Assembly: GCA_044220955.1 (NCBI GenBank)
Contig: JBGAQA010000154.1
Span: 1-10,973 of the forward strand
Origin: Sandaracinaceae bacterium
GTDB taxonomy: Bacteria; Myxococcota_A; Polyangia; Polyangiales; Sandaracinaceae
Reading direction: 5' to 3'
Length of the DNA stretch: 10,973 bases
The translations under genes were made by a program, and so were the position numbers. The notes below the pieces were generated by a model, which saw only the letters and a list, made by a program, of their open reading frames with translations, was not told the origin of the DNA and searched no databases. This document shows positions 7,087 through 10,973 of the stretch, one piece after another (positions within the stretch are counted from its first letter, which is position 1; each line of letters starts with the position of its first letter).

Positions 7087-7116
7087 CCGTAGAGAATACG
7101 GTATAAGGCGGCGCCC
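7087..7116. promoter_or_regulatory. 30-bp divergent promoter region with overlapping -10-like hexamers
   Basis: The region holds the AT-rich island TAGAGAATACGGTATAAG. On the minus strand, TATTCT (7098-7093) is 6 nt before GTG 7086. On the plus strand, TACGGT (7097-7102) and TATAAG (7102-7107) precede ATG 7117. Confidence 0.55.
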
Positions 7117-8103
7117 ATGGCCACCTCGCTCGTCACCGGCGCGAGCGGTTTCGTCGGCAGCCACCTCGTCCGGCGCCTGCACGAGCGAGGCGACACGGTC
7201 GTCGCCACCGACGTGCGCTCGCGCACGGATCTGCCCGTCCGGGTCCGGGACGCCGACCTCATCGATCCGGGGGCGCTCGCGCCGCTCGTGCGGGGCGTCG
7301 ACGTCGTGTTCCACTCCGCGTCCCTCGTGCAGACGGCGCGCATGGGCGCCGAGCGGGTGTGGGCGGTGAACCTCGGAGGTACGGAGGCGCTCCTCGCAGC
7401 GTCGGTCGCCGCGGGCGTGAAGCGCTTCGTCCACGTGAGCTCGGCGAGCGTCGTCTACGAGGGAAAGGACATCGAGGGCGGCGACGAGTCGCTTCCGTAC
7501 TCGGCCTCGTCGCAGGCTCCCTACGCGGACAGCAAGATCGCCGCCGAGAAGGTGGTGCTCGCAGCCGACCGCGCGGACGGGATGCGCACCTCCGCGATCC
7601 GGCCGCACGTCGTCTTCGGTCCGGGGGACCAACGCTTCTTCCCCGCCATCGCGGCCCGAGCGCGGGCCGGCCGCCTCACGCTCGGCGTCGGCCGAGGCAC
7701 GATGCTCTCGGACTTCACCTACGTCGACAACCTCGTCGACGCGCTCGTGCTGGCCGACGAGGCCCTCGCGCGCGACCCCTCGCTCGGCGGGCGCGCGTAC
7801 TTCGTGACGAACGGCGAGCCGATGGGGTTCTGGGACTTCGTGGATCGCGTGCTGGTCGAGATGGGCCTGCCCAAGACGCGGGGGCGCGTCCCCTACCCGC
7901 TGGCGTACGGCATCGCCGCGATCGTGGAGCTCTCCAAGGGCGGCAAGGCCGGGCCCGAGGACGGCTTCACGCGCTTCGCCGTGCGCTACATGTGCACGCA
8001 CCACTGGTTCCGGATCGATCGCGCGCGCGCCGACCTCGGCTACGTGCCGCGCGTCGACATCGCCGAGGGCATCCGCCGCACCGTGGCCGCGCTCGAGCCG
8101 TGA
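7117..8103 (+). CDS. Extended SDR, 3-beta-hydroxysteroid dehydrogenase family (NSDHL/ERG26/SdmB-like C-4 decarboxylase candidate)
   Basis: Rossmann motif TGASGFVG, HVSSASVVYEG and catalytic YADSK (7522-7536). AIRPHVVFGPGD, DFTYVDNL, GRAYFVTNGEPMGFWDF and ARADLGYVP are typical of the 3beta-HSD/NSDHL subfamily. Confidence 0.88.
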   Translation: MATSLVTGASGFVGSHLVRRLHERGDTVVATDVRSRTDLPVRVRDADLIDPGALAPLVRGVDVVFHSASLVQTARMGAERVWAVNLGGTEALLAASVAAGVKRFVHVSSASVVYEGKDIEGGDESLPYSASSQAPYADSKIAAEKVVLAADRADGMRTSAIRPHVVFGPGDQRFFPAIAARARAGRLTLGVGRGTMLSDFTYVDNLVDALVLADEALARDPSLGGRAYFVTNGEPMGFWDFVDRVLVEMGLPKTRGRVPYPLAYGIAAIVELSKGGKAGPEDGFTRFAVRYMCTHHWFRIDRARADLGYVPRVDIAEGIRRTVAALEP

Positions 8104-8116
8104 CCCACGGTGGTGA

Positions 8117-9391
8117 TCAGGGCACCACGACGGCGACGGGGACGTAGTCGAGGTCGTCGCCGCGCGTGACCTGGACGTAGGCGAGCCCGAACGTGCCGCT
8201 CGGTGCGCCGATCGGTACGCCGACCGTCAGCGTCGCGTGATCGCCGTTGCGCAGCACGGGCCGATCCAAGGCCACCTCGGGGGCGAACGTGAGCGCGCTC
8301 TCGGCGCCCGCGAAGGCGACGACGTCGAGCGGCGGCGTCAGTACGGTCGACCACGCGAGCACGTCGAAGGTGACGCGCTCGCCGGGGCTGGCGACCTGCA
8401 CCGTGGCCGGCGTGATCGACACGGTCGCGAACGGAGCGCCCGGGTCGGCGGGCACGCAGGGGTCGCGATCGTTCAGCATGGACGCAGCGTTCGACCAGAC
8501 CCGACACGCGACGAAGCCGTCCTCGCGCGTCAGCCCGGCCGGGCCCGAGCGGTACTGGCAGAGGTCGGCGACCTCCGCGCCGGCGAAGAGCCAGTGCGAG
8601 GGCGCCGGATCGCGCGCATCGAACTGGAACGCGGGCGAGGTGAACGGGTGCGCGTCCGTCGCGGCCTCGATGACCTCGTGCGAGAAGGCCTCTTGCTCGA
8701 CCTCGAGCTCGGAGAGCCAGGCCGTGCCGACCGCGCACGACGGGATGACCGCGTAGGCGAAGGTGCGGCCGTCCCGCGCGAGCGCCTCGTCGTGATAGCC
8801 GCCGAAGCTCTCGCAGCTCACCCCCGTGAGATCGCTGGTGATGCGCGTCCGGGGAGGGAAGGTCAGGACGTAGAGAGCCTCGTCGAGCGAGCCGCCCGCC
8901 GGTGTGGGCAGCGAGCCGTCGGCGATCCCCGTGGCCAGGAGCGCCTCGATCTCGTCGCCGGTGATCGCGCCCGGCGCGGGCTCGACGCGCTCCACGATCC
9001 CGAGGAGCGTACCGGGGCCCACGCCGTACTCGGCGCCGGTCGCGCCGAGCCAGCGTGACGACACGATCCATCGCGCATAGGCCTCGTGGCTCGCGCGGTC
9101 CGGGTCGTCCGCGAACGTGATCACGACGAGCTGCACGTGCGCGATGCGCGCCCCGCCTTGATCCGGGACGCTCGGGCCGGGCGGGTGGGGCGCCGTGACG
9201 AAGGGCGCGGTCCACGCGTCGCGCGGCGGCACGAACGCGTCGGGGCGCAGGACGATCGCATCGTCCGGCGGACGGCCCGCATCGGTGGTCGCGGCGCCGG
9301 TGCGCTCGTGAGCGATGCCGCAGCCGGACCCCGTAGGCACGGCCGCGAGGCACGCGAGCACGAGCCAGGCCCTTCTCGCCGCGGCGCGCAT
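8117..9391 (-). CDS. Secreted/lipoprotein with EXORDIUM/Phi-1-like HExxE domain and C-terminal Ig-like beta-sandwich
   Basis: Signal with possible lipidated Cys (AWLVLACLAAVPTGSGC) and a Pro-rich linker. Motifs are LYVLTFPP, C..GGYH, YAVIPSC, FSHEVIEAATD and EVADLC. Start is ATG 9391 or GTG 9394; GC3 is strong. Confidence 0.75.
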   Translation of the reverse strand: MRAAARRAWLVLACLAAVPTGSGCGIAHERTGAATTDAGRPPDDAIVLRPDAFVPPRDAWTAPFVTAPHPPGPSVPDQGGARIAHVQLVVITFADDPDRASHEAYARWIVSSRWLGATGAEYGVGPGTLLGIVERVEPAPGAITGDEIEALLATGIADGSLPTPAGGSLDEALYVLTFPPRTRITSDLTGVSCESFGGYHDEALARDGRTFAYAVIPSCAVGTAWLSELEVEQEAFSHEVIEAATDAHPFTSPAFQFDARDPAPSHWLFAGAEVADLCQYRSGPAGLTREDGFVACRVWSNAASMLNDRDPCVPADPGAPFATVSITPATVQVASPGERVTFDVLAWSTVLTPPLDVVAFAGAESALTFAPEVALDRPVLRNGDHATLTVGVPIGAPSGTFGLAYVQVTRGDDLDYVPVAVVVP

Positions 9392-9462
9392 CACCCGAGC
9401 TTCGCACGGACGGGACGCCGGGTGTCGACGCGGCGGCGCGAGGGCGTGTTAGAAAGCGCCCC

Positions 9463-10320
9463 ATGAACCGGTCCCGCCTCGTCCTCGCCCTCGCCTCGCT
9501 CTCGATCGCCTGCGGCGGCGGCGCCTCGGAGACCCGCGCGACCGAGACGACCCCCGCCCCACCGAGCTCCGCCGACACGTCCAGCGAGCCCGCCACCGAC
9601 GCGACAGCGGCAGCGCCCGCGAGCCCTCCGCCGCGCGTGCGCGTCGTCCACGCGACGAGCGACGAGACCGCCGGTACGGTGTCGGTCGCGCTCGACTCGG
9701 GCGAGCCCTTCGTGAGCTCGCTCGCGTACGGCGCGGCCAGCGGCTACGTCGCGGTCGACGAGGGGCGCCACTCGATCGTCGTCCACGGCGGGAGCGAGGA
9801 CGCGCCCTCCACGCTCGCCGTCGCCTCCGACGTGCTCGAGGCGGACCACGCCTACACCGTGTTCTTCGTGACCCAGGGCGCGGCCGACGCCCCCTTCGCG
9901 CTCTACACGGGCGATGACGACGACCAGCCAGGCGACGAGGTCGCGGGCGTGCGCTTCTTCAACGCCATCATCGGCGGCGACGACGTCGACGTCTGCCTGC
10001 CCGGCGCGAGCGCGCGCGCGACCGGCGAGCCGGTGTTCGCGGACGTGGCGCCGAACGCGCTCGGGTCGGCCAGCGGGCTGCGCTACGCCGATCTCCCGGC
10101 CGGCGACGAGGTCGCGCTCCAGGTGCGCGCGCATGGCTCTCCGCCCTGCCGCGGACGCGCGATCGGGGTCGCTCGCTTCACGCCCGAGGCCGGAGCCTCG
10201 TACACGGCCGTCGCGATCGGCCGCACGACGGGCAGGCCCCGCGCGCCGCTGCAGCTGCTCGTGTGTCGCGACGCCCCGGGCGACGGGAGCTGCACGGCCG
10301 TCCCCCTGGGGTCGCGCTGA
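9463..10320 (+). CDS. DUF4397 domain lipoprotein (two tandem beta-sandwich repeats)
   Basis: Lipobox LSIAC followed by a T/P/A-rich tether. Repeat 1 is RVRVVHA..VSSLAYGAASGYVAVDEG..YTVF; repeat 2 is VRFFNAI..DVDV..YADLPAG..YTAVAIG. Confidence 0.85.
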   Translation: MNRSRLVLALASLSIACGGGASETRATETTPAPPSSADTSSEPATDATAAAPASPPPRVRVVHATSDETAGTVSVALDSGEPFVSSLAYGAASGYVAVDEGRHSIVVHGGSEDAPSTLAVASDVLEADHAYTVFFVTQGAADAPFALYTGDDDDQPGDEVAGVRFFNAIIGGDDVDVCLPGASARATGEPVFADVAPNALGSASGLRYADLPAGDEVALQVRAHGSPPCRGRAIGVARFTPEAGASYTAVAIGRTTGRPRAPLQLLVCRDAPGDGSCTAVPLGSR

Positions 10321-10343
10321 GCGAGCACGGCTCCGACGAGACG

Positions 10344-10622
10344 TCAGCGGCTCCAGTCGTGGTAGCTCGCCACGCGGACACGCCCCGCGCTGTCGAAGAG
10401 CACCTCGCACGACTCGTTGCCGAGCATGCTCTCGCGCTGCCAGGTGTCGGTCTCCCCGACGAGCGCGTAGACGCCGCCGACCTCGGCCATCTGCGCCTCT
10501 ACCTCGGCGCGGGTCATGCCGTGGTGGACGTCGTTGCACGCGTGGACGAACTGGTCGTGCTCGTGGCAGCCCGCGAGGAGCACGAGCGCGGTCAGGAGCA
10601 GGAGCGCGCGTGCTGCGGACAT
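10344..10622 (-). CDS. Small lipoprotein, SmpA/OmlA(BamE)/BLIP-like fold, 92 aa
   Basis: ATG 10622 gives MSAARALLLLTALVLLAGC (lipobox), followed by VHHGMTRAEVEAQM...W...CEVLFDSAGRVRVA, a pattern typical of BamE-like small lipoproteins. Confidence 0.75.
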   Translation of the reverse strand: MSAARALLLLTALVLLAGCHEHDQFVHACNDVHHGMTRAEVEAQMAEVGGVYALVGETDTWQRESMLGNESCEVLFDSAGRVRVASYHDWSR

Positions 10623-10629
10623 CGGGGCG

Positions 10630-10635
10630 AGCCTA
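10630..10635 (-). promoter_or_regulatory. -10 hexamer TAGGCT 7 nt upstream of ATG 10622 (leaderless candidate)
   Basis: Matches TANNNT, and there is no SD between the hexamer and the ATG. Confidence 0.5.
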
Positions 10636-10639
10636 CTCG

Positions 10640-10951
10640 AATCGTCAGCCGGTCGGGCAGCGCCTGGTAGGTCGTGGCGGTCGGCGTCCCGTCGAGCCAC
10701 GTCAGGCTGGGGTCCGCACGGCAGCTCGTGGGCGCGTCGCCCAGCGCCGCCGCCCGGCACCCGCCGCCCGCGAGGATCAGAGCAGCGCGGTCGCCGCCGC
10801 GGCCGCGGCTGACCTCACCGGCGCCGCGTTCGCGACCCTCGGCTGGTGGGAGCGCGTCGACGACGAGCCCCGCCGCCGGGCCCGCGCCGCGGTCGCCCTG
10901 CAGGACCCGCCGCCGCCGTGGGCGACCGCCACCCTGCTCACGGCCCCGTGA
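10640..10951. pseudogene. Degenerate coding remnants (no intact gene)
   Basis: GC3-biased stretches without a usable start. Plus strand about 10780-10951 reads ...ADLTGAAFATLGWWERVDDEP...LLTAP*; minus strand about 10790-10640 reads RAALILAGGGCRAA...LTWLDGTPTATTYQALPDRLTIRV. Confidence 0.25.
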
Positions 10952-10973
10952 TCCAGTCCCTCCGGGACCGAAT

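Noticed and set aside
4184..7092. Long ORFs 4184-6199 (-) and 4969-7092 (+), and similar overlapping ORFs elsewhere (2762-4216, 2805-3599, 3660-4757, 8040-9596, 9391-10539, 9914-10951)
   Set aside because: These are off-frame or antisense shadows of well-supported genes, with low-complexity Arg/Ala/Gly composition and no motifs.
7087..8004. N-terminal ~306-aa extension of the 1059-aa ORF
   Set aside because: It is in-register antisense of the SDR gene. The real protein begins at the signal peptide/lipobox at 7086.
10623..10760. N-terminal extension of the small lipoprotein to 138 aa
   Set aside because: The signal peptide and lipobox only work from ATG 10622, and a -10 hexamer sits directly upstream of it.

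Overview
Very GC-rich window, most likely Myxococcota (Polyangiales/Sandaracinus-like; inferred from gene content and codon style), with about 10 real genes. In order: (1) a 5'-truncated Cys-rich repeat surface protein with PKD-like and YfaP/DUF2135-like domains; (2) a 45-aa membrane microprotein behind a well-formed sigma54 promoter and a candidate activator palindrome; (3) a DUF2505/START-like protein; (4) a DUF4105 (Lnb-N-like) protein; (5) an Rpn/YhgA PD-(D/E)XK nuclease with an internal RBS+ATG for a separately translated C-terminal RpnS-type antitoxin and a perfect 12-bp x5 repeat, flanked by BoxC/REP-like sequence; (6) a lipoprotein amidohydrolase (M19/ceramide-deacylase-like); (7) divergent from it, an NSDHL/ERG26-like SDR; (8) an EXORDIUM/Phi-1-like HExxE secreted protein; (9) a DUF4397 lipoprotein; (10) a small BamE/SmpA-like lipoprotein. 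Degenerate coding remnants follow at the right edge. Several start codons have a TA-initiated hexamer 6-7 nt upstream, suggesting leaderless transcription. No RNA genes, CRISPR array or IS were recognised. All family calls come from motif recognition by eye, not database searches.
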